From Macrostomum lignano (lineage: Eukaryota), in the NCBI GenBank assembly GCA_002269645.1, contig NIVC01003273.1, positions 43,825 to 107,824 on the forward strand: a DNA stretch of 64,000 bases. Direction: 5' to 3'. The notes beneath the pieces are model-generated. The model saw nothing but the letters and a program-made list of their open reading frames with translations, was not told the origin of the DNA and made no database searches. Shown one piece after another: positions 13,301 through 25,003 of this stretch. A program made the translations under genes and the position numbers. Within the stretch, counting starts at the first letter, position 1; each line of letters opens with the position of its first letter.

Positions 13301-16300
13301 GGGGACATGTCCATATATCTTTAATAAATGAAAATTTTCAAAAAACTGTCACTGATTCTTTAGGTATGGATTTTGCTACTTATTCAAACCGACATCGCGA
13401 ATGATTTACGGTGGCTACGATAGCGGACTGACAATGACACTCGCCTATGAAGGCAGCCAGGAAGCTTACCTAACTCAGACTCTGCGTTACAGTCGCGGTT
13501 ACGTCATTCTAGTCAGCGCCTACGACAAGTTCATTAACTTTTTCCGTGCCGCTCCCGTGGCTGCAGCAGTTGGATTTCGAACGGATATATCGCTGCTGCT
13601 CCAGCGTACCAACCGCCTGACTAGTCCAAAAGATCCGTGTAGCAATCGGCATCTGGTATGTTTTTAATAAGGTACATGTATAGACGTTTTACATATTGCT
13701 GTGGCATGAAGATTCGATCCCAAGGTCACATGTTCTTTCAATGCGAGCAATGCTAGCCTTGACTCTTTACAGCATTTTTATTCTGTAATCTTAAATCCCA
13801 TTTTAAATCCCAACAAGAGTCACTGCTAAAGACCTCAGCTTCTCTTTTCGTTTTTTAAGACACGCGATGCATAATGCCGTTTTATCACAACTCAGAAAGC
13901 ACTTCCCCATCATAATACCGAATTATTACAAACTGGAAATACCATAACTTCGGAAACCAAAATAGCGTTGGGTGTTGTTAGCACTTTTGGAGTTGTGATA
14001 TTTCGGGTTTATGCGCCCACCAAGAGACAGGGGGCGCCCGACAAGAGACAGGGGTGCCTACCAAGAGACAGGGGTGCCTACCAAGAGACAGGGGTGCCTA
14101 CCAAGAGACAGGGGTGCCTACCAAGAGACAGGGGTGCCTACCAAGAGACAGGGGTGCCTACCAAGAGACAGGGGTGCCTACCAAAAGACAGGGGTGCCTA
14201 CCAAAAGACAGGGGTGCCTACCAAAAGACAGGGGTGCCTACCAAGAGACAGGGGTGCCTACCAAGAGACAGGGGTGCCTACCAAAAGACAGGGGTGCCTA
14301 CCAAAAGACAGGGGTGCCTACCAAAAGACAGGGGTGCCTACCAAAAGACAGGGGTGCCTACCAAAAGACAGGGGTGCCTACCAAAAGACAGGGGTGCCTA
14401 CCAAAAGACAGGGGTGCCTACCAAAAGACAGGGGTGCCTACCAAAAGACAGGGGTGCCTACCAAGAGACAGGGGTGCCTACCAAAAGACAGGGGTGCCTA
14501 CCAAGAGACAGGGGTGCCTACCAAAAGACAGGGGTGCCTACCAAAAGACAGGGGTGCCTACCAAAAGACAGGGGTGCCTACCAAAAGACAGGGGTGCCTA
14601 CCAAAAGACAGGGGTGCCTACCAAAAGACAGGGGTGCCTACCAAAAGACAGGGGCGCCCAACAAGAGTCAGGGGCGCCCTCCAACATACAGGGAGGGGTG
14701 CCTACGAAGAGACAGGGGCGCCCACCAAGAGACAAGGGTGCCTACCAAAAGACAGGGGGTGCCTATCAAGAAACAGGGGCACCCACCAAGAGACAAGTAG
14801 GTGCGCCCACCAAGGCACCACATATTGGCGCCTGTTTTGGCTGCAGCCATTTCATTTAACATTGCTACATAAGCAACTAATACGAACTAACTGGAGATCT
14901 TTTCTTCCCTATAGTGTGTAAAGTAACCAGCTTTCATTTTACTGAGCAGATCGATTGTTGCCAACGACTCCAAACAGTGCACGCTGCCTTCTCCTTCCTA
15001 CAGCCTCGTTTACCTGCTGCTCACGTTTGCAAAGCTTTTTTAGACCAAAAAACCCTCAGGCAGGCAGGCACCAAGGCCTAACTGATTGTTTATGCAGCGC
15101 AGGCTGATGGCTTCTCATAATTGCTTCGACTTCTAATTCCGTTTTTACGAGGGTACTGGAAATAAATGAGCCGTCTTTAAATAAGACTTGGCCTACCTCA
15201 AAGACCATCTTTGAAAGGACGCTCATGTGCCATTTTTTGGACGCTCAGTACTGTTTTTTTTAAAAAGGCTTGGATGCACAGTTACATTAAGTGTAGGTCG
15301 GAAGTACGAGTATTACGAAGTATTTCGGGCCAAAATATTATATGAGACACTGGTAATATCGCTTCTGAATAGACTTCCTAATACTGCGGTTGTACTGGCT
15401 TTATATCAAAATTCAACCTGAAACCGATCCCCATGTCTTAAGCAGGCACAAGCTACTTATACCTATCTCGCACAACCAACCCGATAGGTCGTTAATCAAA
15501 TCGCCTCCCCGACCGAGTTCGACTTTGATATCGTGAACTGCGTCGACATGTCGTTAAGTCAGAGCGTCTACAAGCTCTGCGGCTGCGTCTCCGACCTGCT
15601 GCCAGTGCCGCCGAACCTGATGTCCGCTCCGCGCTGCATGCGGCTGGACTGGAACCGCACCGGAAGCTCCAACAATATCGCCATCGGCAATCTGAGCGAA
15701 GTTTTTATCCATCGCAACTGTCAGAATGCCATCCTGCGAAGCTACGAAGATCTAAGCGTGTACGGCGAGCACGTCAACAGCTGTCAGAAGGCCTGCCGGG
15801 AGGACAGCATCGTGACTCACGCTTCGCTAGGTCTGCTACCTACTAGCTCTACTTGGTCGAGAGATATCGAACGCCTTCTAGCAAGTCGATGGCAGGCAAC
15901 TTCAGCCAAGCCGTCGTACCTGCCGGCGCTGTTGAACACGAGTACCGGCTCCCTTCTGCCCGGAATTAGCCCCGAGAAGCATGTTGTACAGTTGAGCGTC
16001 TTCTTTGCCTCGTCAACCATGGTCGTGTTTGAAGAGGACTGGCAATATCCCACAGAGAGCTTCCTGTCGGAAGGAGGCGGGACGCTCGGTAAGGTTCCTT
16101 TAGGTCTCTGAGACTCTACACCACAGGGATCCACTAAATGTGCATTTGTTGCGACAAGGCACATTTCTCTTAAATATCTTTATCTATAAATAGAGCGATT
16201 TTAGTAAGATAGACCCCGTTTGGGCCAGCTCGTTGTAGCCACCTTTTAGCAGCAGCAAAACAGTCACAGGGACCTCTGTTGCTAGCTCGTAACTGCTAAG

Positions 16301-16807
16301 TTACCAGTTGCTCATGAAATCTTTCCTGCTGCCATCGCTTTTGTAGCTAGCTGGTAGAAGATACACATGGTAGAAAATTTTCTGCAAGCAAAACATATGT
16401 AGCCGTAAAATCTCGACAGGGTTGATCTCGGTGCGGTGTTTACCAATCTGAACTTCTGTAGCAAAAGCTGACGCACGATTTAAGCTCCAGTTTTTGTAAT
16501 TTTTTCAGGTTTATGGATGGGAGCATCGGTCCTCACTGTCATGGAGGTTATTGAGCTGCTCGGCTCAATGGTATTCCTTGTTGTTTCAAAGCGCAAAGTC
16601 GATGCAGCTGACCGTGACACAGTCAGTCAGAAGGCCTCCTCCCTGGCAACAGCTAGCGATCGAGGACAGTCAGGCTCCATGATTCAGGTTCGACCTGCAG
16701 CCGAGAAGAAGGAAATCGTTGCGGAAAGAAGTTTTGGGACGCGTACAGAAACCCTTGATGCTGCACGGCCTCATAGTGCCACTTTGACGTCCATTTTCAC
16801 CTACTGA
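10374..16807 (+). CDS. DEG/ENaC/ASIC-family amiloride-sensitive sodium channel subunit, ~578 aa; exons 10374-10918, 13364-13655, 15488-16088, 16509-16807
   Basis: Pre-TM1 HG motif (NTSGHG), TM1, PKVVLCP, spliced RYGFCYLF, Cys-rich thumb (KLCGC..CQKAC), and TM2 FLSEGGGTLGLWMGASVL with the GAS filter. Exon lengths sum to 1737 nt, in frame, with GT-AG introns. Confidence 0.9.
11190..13215. repeat. 21-bp minisatellite (GCACTCATTTTAGCGCCGCAG)n in intron 1 of the channel gene
   Basis: About 90 near-identical 21-bp units, degenerating at both edges. Confidence 0.97.
14017..14810. repeat. 20-bp minisatellite (CCAARAGACAGGGGTGCCTA)n in intron 2 of the channel gene
   Basis: Direct tandem units of 20 bp. 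Confidence 0.97.
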
Positions 16808-16899
16808 TAAAGTGACACGAAATATACACGTAGGCAGGAATTTCAATTGGGGGGGGGGGGGGGGTTGGCTTGGCTGGCCATGCCTTATGTCATTGCCAA

Positions 16900-17320
16900 T
16901 TTTGGCGCCGCAGGCACTCTTTTTGGCGCCACAGGCACTCATTTTGGCGCCGGAGGCACTCTTTTTGGCGCCGGAGGCACTCATTTTAGCGCCGCAGGCA
17001 CTTAGTTTAGCGCCGCAGGCTCTCATTTTAGCGCCGCAGGCACTCAGTTTAGCGCCGCAGGCACTTTTTTAAGCGCCGCAGGAACTCAGTTTAGCGCCGC
17101 AGGCACTCTTTTAAGCGCCGCAGGCACTCAGTTTTGCGCCGCAGGCTCTCATTTTAGCGCCGCAGGCTCTCATTTTAGCGCCGCAGGCACTCAGTTTAGC
17201 GCCGCAGGCACTTTTTTAAGCGCCGCAGGCACTCAGTTTAGCGCCGCAGGCACTCTTTTAAGCGCCGCAGGCACTCAGTTTAGCGCCGCAGGCTCTCATT
17301 TTAGCGCCGCAGGCACTCAA
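16900..17320. repeat. Second array of the same 21-bp unit, just 3' of the channel stop codon
   Basis: Same GCACTCATTTTAGCGCCGCAG unit and orientation as 11190-13215, bracketed by poly-G/poly-C tracts. Confidence 0.95.
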
Positions 17321-19650
17321 TTGCCTCATGGTTTTTGGTACCCGCCGCGCCCAACCCCACCCCCCCCAGGAGATTGGGGGGGGGGAGCCCGCCCCCCCCT
17401 CTGGCTACGCCACTTAATATACATGTACAAGACTATAAAAGATTACGCTTTATGCTATTCTTATTTTAATCAGAACGTAAATATTTCCTACACAAATTTA
17501 TAGTCAAGTTATATTACAGCTCGTACTACATGTACCTTTAATTTAAAGGTGACGGATTGGATCAGCCTGACACAGTGTAAAACAATCCGACTTCCATTGA
17601 CATGACATGGCTTGGTAGAACTGCAGAGGTTCGTGTACGTACGTACAAATTTTTTTCAGAAATTATATATTTTTCAGATATTATTTTCGATATGTAGACA
17701 ATATATTCAAAACTGTTATTTAACTGTCGATAATTTTATTATAATTTATTAAGGAGCAATGACCTTCTTTCTTTTTCTGTGTAACTTGCATTGTTATTAT
17801 ATTACTTATATATTACTTATTACATCACAAAAGTGCATATAATAACAAAATATAGTTTCTTCCTAAAACAATGTACGCCAGTAAATTTCGATTCATAATA
17901 CGTCAACTTGAGATAATTTTGCAGTAGTTTAAAAATCAAATGTTTATCTAAATAAATTTATATTTCAGCTGGAGTCTGCACGCACACCTACTTCGATGGG
18001 CACATTAAGTAGAAGAATGCTGCGCTGGTAGTAGGAACCAATGTATACTTATTAGCAGTTATAACTCTCCTTCCAAACGAACATGTACATGTACATTTTT
18101 CACGCTAGTCTTTCTTGGAAAAGAAAATTTACCGTTACATCTAGTTACAGTAGATGGATTTACTGCGTTGGTTTGCAGTTTTTTTAGACTTCCAGTAAGG
18201 CGACGTTCAAATAAGAAGTTCCTTGTTCCTTGATGGTAATTGATGTACCTGACATGGTAGACATGCGATGTACTGTAGCTACAATATTTCATGTAAAGTT
18301 TTTTAAACCGATAGCTGATACTTTTGTGATTTGGTTTCTCACTATTAAAAATCTAGCTATAGCTAGTTAAAAGCCTGCCATTATAATAGGACGTCGGTAA
18401 TCAGTAATTTGAATCAGTAATATGTTGAAAATGGCACCTAATAATCATAACGTAACCATAATCATAATAATCATACCACAGTAAATCACATAGCTGGAAT
18501 ATAAAATAATAGACTTAATGATTAGAAACTGTTTTTTTCTCCAGCTTTCTATAAACTAATTGCAATTCTAGATGCAAAAATTTTATGCTAATTTGGCGCA
18601 TGCAGTGCAAAAAGCTGGTAAGAAACCAAAATAGAAACAAGCAACAACGAGTGGCAGGAATAATACAGAAAGTGGAAAATTTTCAGTCTGCTGGCCCTAT
18701 ACTGAAGACTTGGCCATTGCCTCTCAATTAATAATTCAATGCTTCATCTTGCCATTGGCACAGAAATGCAGGCTCGCGCAAACAGCGGCTCCCTCCGGTC
18801 TGGAGTTGATTGTTCTTTGAATGATTTTATTCCCACATCTGGCATTCATTTCCCCTGGCAACTCAACAAGTGCACTTCTCAAATGCGTATTGCTTTAGCT
18901 TACACACACAAGCATAATTATATACTGCGTGTGTATATACCAGATTTACACGCTGGTTTTAATGAATAAGTTCACATTCGACAAGAATTAAAAGACGCAT
19001 TACTCGTAGTAGTGCCGTACGTACATTCCTATGTGAAGATTCTGGCACCTGAAACTGGACTGCCTATACATGTACTTGTAGAAGAGATGAGATTCTATAT
19101 AGAAAATCTATGAAATCTGTCAATTTCTTCGGGTAGGTCAGGGGGAGATCGAATTGCATCTGAGACTTTAATTAAGCTATCATCTATTTTCTACGATTCC
19201 ACAGTCCGCACAGCACTTGAGCAAGAGAAATTAGGTTTACCTCTATCGAATTCCAATTTCCGCGGTATAGTGTATTAATTCTCTTCTGCATTGCATGGCT
19301 TCAACAAACAATCAATCCATTCGGACATTGTAATAGCAAGAAGCAGGATGTACTTTTGATTTCGTCTGTATCTTAATGTGTTACTTTATAGTATTTCAAA
19401 GGTAGGGTTTTAGCCTAGTGGTTAGAGCGTCGGACTCACGACTCACGGCCACCTGAACTCCGTAAATTTCAAAATGCGTCCAAGCCAACTTCGATCACCT
19501 ACATGTATTCTTACATCCACACGTAGCTCCGCGTTTGCTGACCGAGTTAGAGCGTTTCGAGGAGGTTTAGTTATTGAGTCTTTTTGCGGTTCTTTCGTGC
19601 GGGTTGCCTCGCCTAAATCGTCCTAAATCCGGAATGAGTAGTGGCTGCTG

Positions 19651-19980
19651 GGTTCCAGGGCATTTCGTCAACCGGCATTTTGTCATCTGGTATTTTGTCA
19701 ACCAGACATATTTAAGTTTAGGTTTTAATTTTTATCATAGAAAATATTGGAAACCATGTGCATGGTATTCAGGTACCATGGTACGAGTATTGCGACACCA
19801 TTGAGGACCGAACGTTTGTGCGAAAATTAACTTCCAAGAAGTGTTAAACAAATTTTGACATCGCATTACTACTTCTCACATTCTCTGGCTGCTGGTGCAG
19901 CTATAATAATCAGCTACAGTTTGCTGAGTTGCCATAATGTCTGGTTGACGAAATGCCGGTTGACGAAATGTCCGGTCACC
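19651..19980. mobile_element. MITE (330 bp) with internally repetitive TIRs and 7-bp TSD
   Basis: Left GGTTCCAGGGCATTTCGTCAACCGGCA versus right reverse complement GGTGACCGGACATTTCGTCAACCGGCA. GCTGCTG flanks both ends (19644-19650, 19981-19987). Confidence 0.8.
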
Positions 19981-20442
19981 GCTGCTGTAGTCTGATTTCA
20001 GGCTTCTAGCTATTACATCCCTAGAGGACATTCTGTTTCTCAAACTTAGCAGATCTTGTCTCTGCGCTATTCTTAGCAGATCTTTCAATCTGCTGTTCTT
20101 GCAGGATCTTCTAAGAAGGGGGTACATTTGTTTTGTCATTCATTTGACCCAAGTGTTCTAGCTTTATTATTTTTATGGCAAAATGTGACAATAAATTTAA
20201 TAAAATATGCGATTGAAGCTATAGAAAGATATAAAAGTTAAGATCTTGTACGATGCAGCAAGTCGCCCAGTTCTAGTAAGCTTACCTAAGTATTATCATA
20301 GCGAGAGGCGAACGTTCTTGCTAAACTTGCGCAGCAAACCCAAGAATAGATAAGATCTGTTAAGAATCAACACGTCAATGTCTTCTAGGGATATCATATG
20401 TCACCTTTCAAACTGTTATTCATGCGCTTTCCGCTTCTATGC

Positions 20443-20665
20443 TACCTATTCTGCCGAGTTACCTATTCTGCCGAGTTACCTATTCTGCCGAGTACCTATT
20501 CTGCCGAGTTACCTATTCTGCCGAGTTACCGTATTCTGCCGAGTTACCTATTCTGCCGAGTTACCTATTCTGCGAGTTACCTATTCTGCCGAGTTACCTA
20601 TTCTGCCGAGTTACCTATTCTGCCGAGTTACCTATTCTGCCGAGTTACACTATTCTGCCAGAGTT
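20443..20665. repeat. 17-bp minisatellite (ACCTATTCTGCCGAGTT)n
   Basis: About 13 tandem units. Confidence 0.93.
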
Positions 20666-20950
20666 ACCGAGTCACCACACCATATTCAAGAAGAGCTTGT
20701 GACGTTGTCAGTTTAAGTAGCCCCCCGCCAAGGGCCGTTTTGACATACGGTACCAATGTATAATATTATTAGTTTCGTTCTCTCACGTCTGCTTAAAGTA
20801 GTGCCCAAATAACTTAAATCAGCTGCGTACATTTGTAAACCCTGCGTACAGTGCGCGATCGATAATTTCTGTTTCTGTTTTTCCCCAGCCGGCCAATAGA
20901 AAAGCCGCACATTAATTATACTAAGTTCTCCTCGCCCCCTCCCCCCCCCA

Positions 20951-21600
20951 GACCGAAACTTAACTTTGCCGAAATGACTAGCACGCTGTTTCAAAAGACC
21001 GAAACTTCACTAGGCCGAAACTTCACATTGCTGAAAAATCATTTTAGCAGCGTCCTGACTATGGTCGAAAGGGGATGTGATCGAACTTAAGCCTCCAAAA
21101 TGTAACCGCAAGCAAGCAGTGACGATTTCTCTGCACCAGTTTCTTTATTTTGATCTAAGTGTTACTCTGCTACCAAAGTGGGAGCACGATATGGTCACTC
21201 AGTTTTTTGCATGGAATATTTTCGACATTTCTGACTTCATTTGGGGGTGAACTCTGATTGCTTATTATTTTCATTGCATTTTCTGTCTCAGTCGGATGGA
21301 ATTTTAAGTTATGGAGTGTTTGTATGTTTTTATGGCTCCTTTGAAAGCATGCAGATTTGCCTAGATTCCGATTCGTAGACTATGCATGGCTCTAAGGTTT
21401 TTCGGCAATGTGAAGTTTCGGCCTTGTGAAAGAGCGTGCTTAGTCATTTCGGCAAAGTGAAGTTTCGGCCTAGTGAAGTTTCGGCCTAGTGAAAGAGGCT
21501 GCTAAAATCTTTTTTCGGCAATGTGAAATTTCGGCCTAGTGAAGTTTCGGCCTTGTGAAGGAAGATGCTTTCGGCGAAGTGAAATTTCGGCCTAGTGAAA
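20951..21600. mobile_element. MITE-like element with long, internally repetitive TIRs (GGCCGAAACTTCAC motifs)
   Basis: 20951-21040 is the reverse complement of 21398-21500 over ~80 nt. The right TIR is partly duplicated to 21600. TSD not resolved. Confidence 0.75.
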
Positions 21601-21878
21601 CCCCCCGCCGTGCGCTCGGGTTAACCGGATTTGCGTCTCCGCCTGTAGATCCTTGCCGCCCGGCACTCTTGTTCGTTTGCCTTCTCTTCCTGCCTCACTC
21701 CGCCACGGTTCTACGAGTAGATCACGCCTCTGCCACTCTCAGTCACGCCACTCCTACTGTCTGTTCGAGCTCTCACTACGAGCGCCGCCAGCGTACGTTC
21801 ACCGCCATCATCTCGTCGCCACTGCCTCAACTCATCGACCCACTCTGCCTTCTACTATTTAACTCATTGTTGTGTAGC

Positions 21879-23860
21879 CAACAACAACAACAACAACAAC
21901 AAAATACGCGACCCGCATGCACAGTCACAGTTAGAGCAGGGCGCGTCAGATGGCGCGCCGCAGAGCCTGGGAGCGAACAAAGTCAGCTCCGTTGGCAGTG
22001 CCGGGCGCCCCAGCGTCGCACAGCAGGCAGTCCACGTATCGACGGGTTCGGGCCTAACCCCGCCTGAATGGACCCCGCAAGGTAAGCAGCAGGACGTCCT
22101 GAACAGGTTGGGGGCAGTAGCCCTCGGCCCGGATCACGTGGCCAGTTGAAGTCGCCGCCGGTGCTGGATGGTGGACGGGCGCTGCAGCTTGGCCCGATCG
22201 TACAGGGCCTCGGTCTCGACGCTCTCGTCAGCTCGAAAGGCCGCACGGAGCAGCCCTGAGTGCGCCGAGTCCAGCTGCCGCTCCAGCGTAGCCGTCAGCG
22301 TCCACGTCTCGGCGTTGTATAGCAGGACGGTTTCGACCACCGCCTGCCACAGCCGAGCCCTTTGGCGGTCGGGCAGCGCTTCGGACTGGAGGGCGGCTCG
22401 GATCGAACGAAAGGCCGCCCAGGCAAGTTCTCTGCGCCGTCGGAGGTCCTCTTCCACGTGTGGCACCAGACCGCCGAGGTAGGTGAACCGCTGGAAGCGT
22501 GCGAGCCTGGTCGTCTGCCCGTCTGCGCCACGGCACGTCAGATCCGCTGGGATGTCGGCCGGCACAGTCAGCACCTCGGTCTTCAGCGTGTTGACGATCA
22601 GACCGACGCTCGATGCCACCTCGACCAGCCTGTCGATCTGGCGCTGGGCGCCTTCAACGGACGAGGACAGGAGGGCGAGGTCGTGGCGTAGCCAAGCACG
22701 CTTAGGCGCTTTTCGCCGTGGCGGCGACCGATGCGTCTGCGCAGCAGGAAGCCGTCATTAGCCGAGGGGAGTGCGGTCCGAAGCACCCAGTCCAGCAGCA
22801 GCACGAAGAGGAACGGCGCTAGCGTGTCGCCCTGCAGAACCCCTGATGAAGTATCGAACAGGTCAGACAGGCCGTCCGCCGTCACCACAGCAACTCGAGT
22901 ATCGCAATACAGCGCCATGACTGCGCGTCTATTAGCTGCTGGGGTACCCGGTAGGCTCGAAGGACAAAGGGGAGCGCGGCTCTCAACACCGAGTCAAACG
23001 CCTTTCGAAAGTCAACGAAGACAATGATCAGCGTAGACTGGCGGATGCGCGCCTCCTCGATGACACGGCGGAGTGCGAGGATCTGTGTCACTGTACCGCG
23101 TTGTGGCCGGAATCCGTTCTGCTCGTACCGCAGGTACGGGTCCAGCACCGACTGCAGACGATCGAGCAGCAGCCGGTTGAGGAGCTTCGCGGTGCAGGAC
23201 ATCAGCGAGATCCCGCGGTGGTCTTCCTTCCGCGTTGTCCCTGCCTTCTTCGGGATCGGCACGATGTGCGCGACGGTCCACTCGGTAGGCGCAGGAGCGC
23301 CGGCGAGCACGCGGTTCATGACGCCTGTGACCTGGGAGGCCACACAGCGGAGCCGCAGCGCTTCAACCGGGACTTCGTCGGGGCCGAGCGCCTTGCCGCC
23401 TGATGTTTTCTGAGCGTACAGCACAACGTCCTCCGTGGTGACTGAGCAGGTGCAGAAGTCCTCCTCAGCTGGGAGCAGCGTGTCCAGTGGGAGCGCAAAG
23501 CTGGCGGGCAGCGGCGACGCGGGCGCGTTCACGATGCCGGCGAAGAAGTCGCGCAATTCATTCCTGCGTAGAGGTGTCGCCGGCCAGGTTCAGCGCCACG
23601 CGCTTTTTGCGCCCCGTCAGAGTCCGGACGGCCGTCCACACTGCGCGGCTCTTCACGTCGGGGCCGGCTGCAGTGATGGACCTAATGGCGTCGTCGACAG
23701 CGGCCTGCTGCCGCTCGTTAAGAAAGCGCTCAAATGCGTCTTCAGCGTCGCCTGTGGGCCTCCGGTTTCTGCAGAGGCCCACATTGCACTGGCGTAGCCG
23801 CCAGTGCATCGTTACAAACCTACTAGTACTTTGACCTGTCCCTGTTGAAAATAACAAACG
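21879..23860 (-). mobile_element. 5'-truncated, frameshifted RTE-clade non-LTR retrotransposon (RT domain) with (TTG)n 3' tail
   Basis: RT motifs HIVPIPKK..HRGISLMS, QNGFRPQRGT, FVDFRKAFDSV, GVLQGDTLAPFLF, YADD-like (frameshifted), FTYLGG and VETVLLYNAETW are split over several frames. ORF ends ~21946; (CAA)n on + strand at 21879-21903. Confidence 0.92.
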
Positions 23861-25003
23861 TTACAATAAACAAAGTCTGCGGCCATTGCTCGCATTAGCC
23901 GCCATTACTGCCAAGTGCTACCGCTACAAATTTGCCTCTGCCGTATTTATTTCCTTCGCAGATTATTCTCGAGGCCGCCACTTTATACGTCACAAGCTGA
24001 AAGGAATGCCCGCCTCATTCCAACATATATAGCTCTATTGAAGCAGGTGCGGGTAACTGGCTATCCTGTCCTGTTTTATTTTACCTTATTTACATTTTTC
24101 AAGTCGCCCAGCATTCTGCTTTCACTGATGTGGATCTAGATTATCGATTACATAGCTAGCTTACTAGATTATCGAATATCAGGCTAGTTTACTGTAGAGA
24201 TCATCAAGCTAGTACCAGACTAATAGCTTACTAGATTATCGATTATTATAGTTTACTATGTGAGGTTACATAATATGTTATTTTATTCGATCTAATGATT
24301 ATCAAATTATCATATAGCTAATTGATTACTATAGCTTACTAGATTATCGATTACTGGCTAACGAGATTATATAACTAGAGTACATGTAAGCTTACTAGAT
24401 AATCCGCGACACATTATTACCGTTAATTTCTGATCGAACAGTGCAAGTCTCATGAAAATCAGTTTAGCTTTTTTTCTCTAATCGAGAAAACTAGCGAAAA
24501 AAAGGCAAATCATTTTTATTATATTGGATTTAATTTTAACTTTCACTTAAACTGCACCTAATCTGACCAATAAACAGAAGTCAGAAAAAGTTAGGAAAAA
24601 TACGGAACTGCATGTTCACCGCAGATGCTGATAGTTTTACTCTTGAATATTTTATGTCTTTCCAAAGTAAAGTTTGTTAATCACTTATTATCGCATCCCT
24701 GCAATAATTAAGTCATAATGAAAATTTCAAGATATTGAGGGTGGTTTCTTTAATTCTAACCTAAAATTGCTTTTCAGCTTAACTTGCTAGACTTCTGTAA
24801 CTACTTTAATTTGCATTTGTTATAGATTTGTGTACAATTCAATCTGGGATTTCCGCGACACGAGCTCTCAGATAGGCAGACAGACATGACTCTTTGCAGT
24901 GCGACAGTAAGTCTTGGTCTTGTTAACATTGTCATTAGTACATAAAAATCAGACATTCAGAACTAGTGCTGTAACGAGTATCCAATAAGTGGTTAATAGT
25001 AAC

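Noticed and set aside
19401-19570. tRNA gene
   Set aside because: Only an A-box-like 5' half (TAGCCTAGTGGTTAGAGCG) is present, with no cloverleaf or proper B-box. It is probably a broken SINE head.
21640-21860. Possible second RTE 3' remnant (EWVDELRQW.. on the minus strand)
   Set aside because: Similarity is short and by eye only; not enough to call.
21555-22067. ORF with a poly-Q tract
   Set aside because: The poly-Q is the (CAA)n tail of the antisense RTE element, and the ORF is stitched from MITE and retrotransposon sequence.
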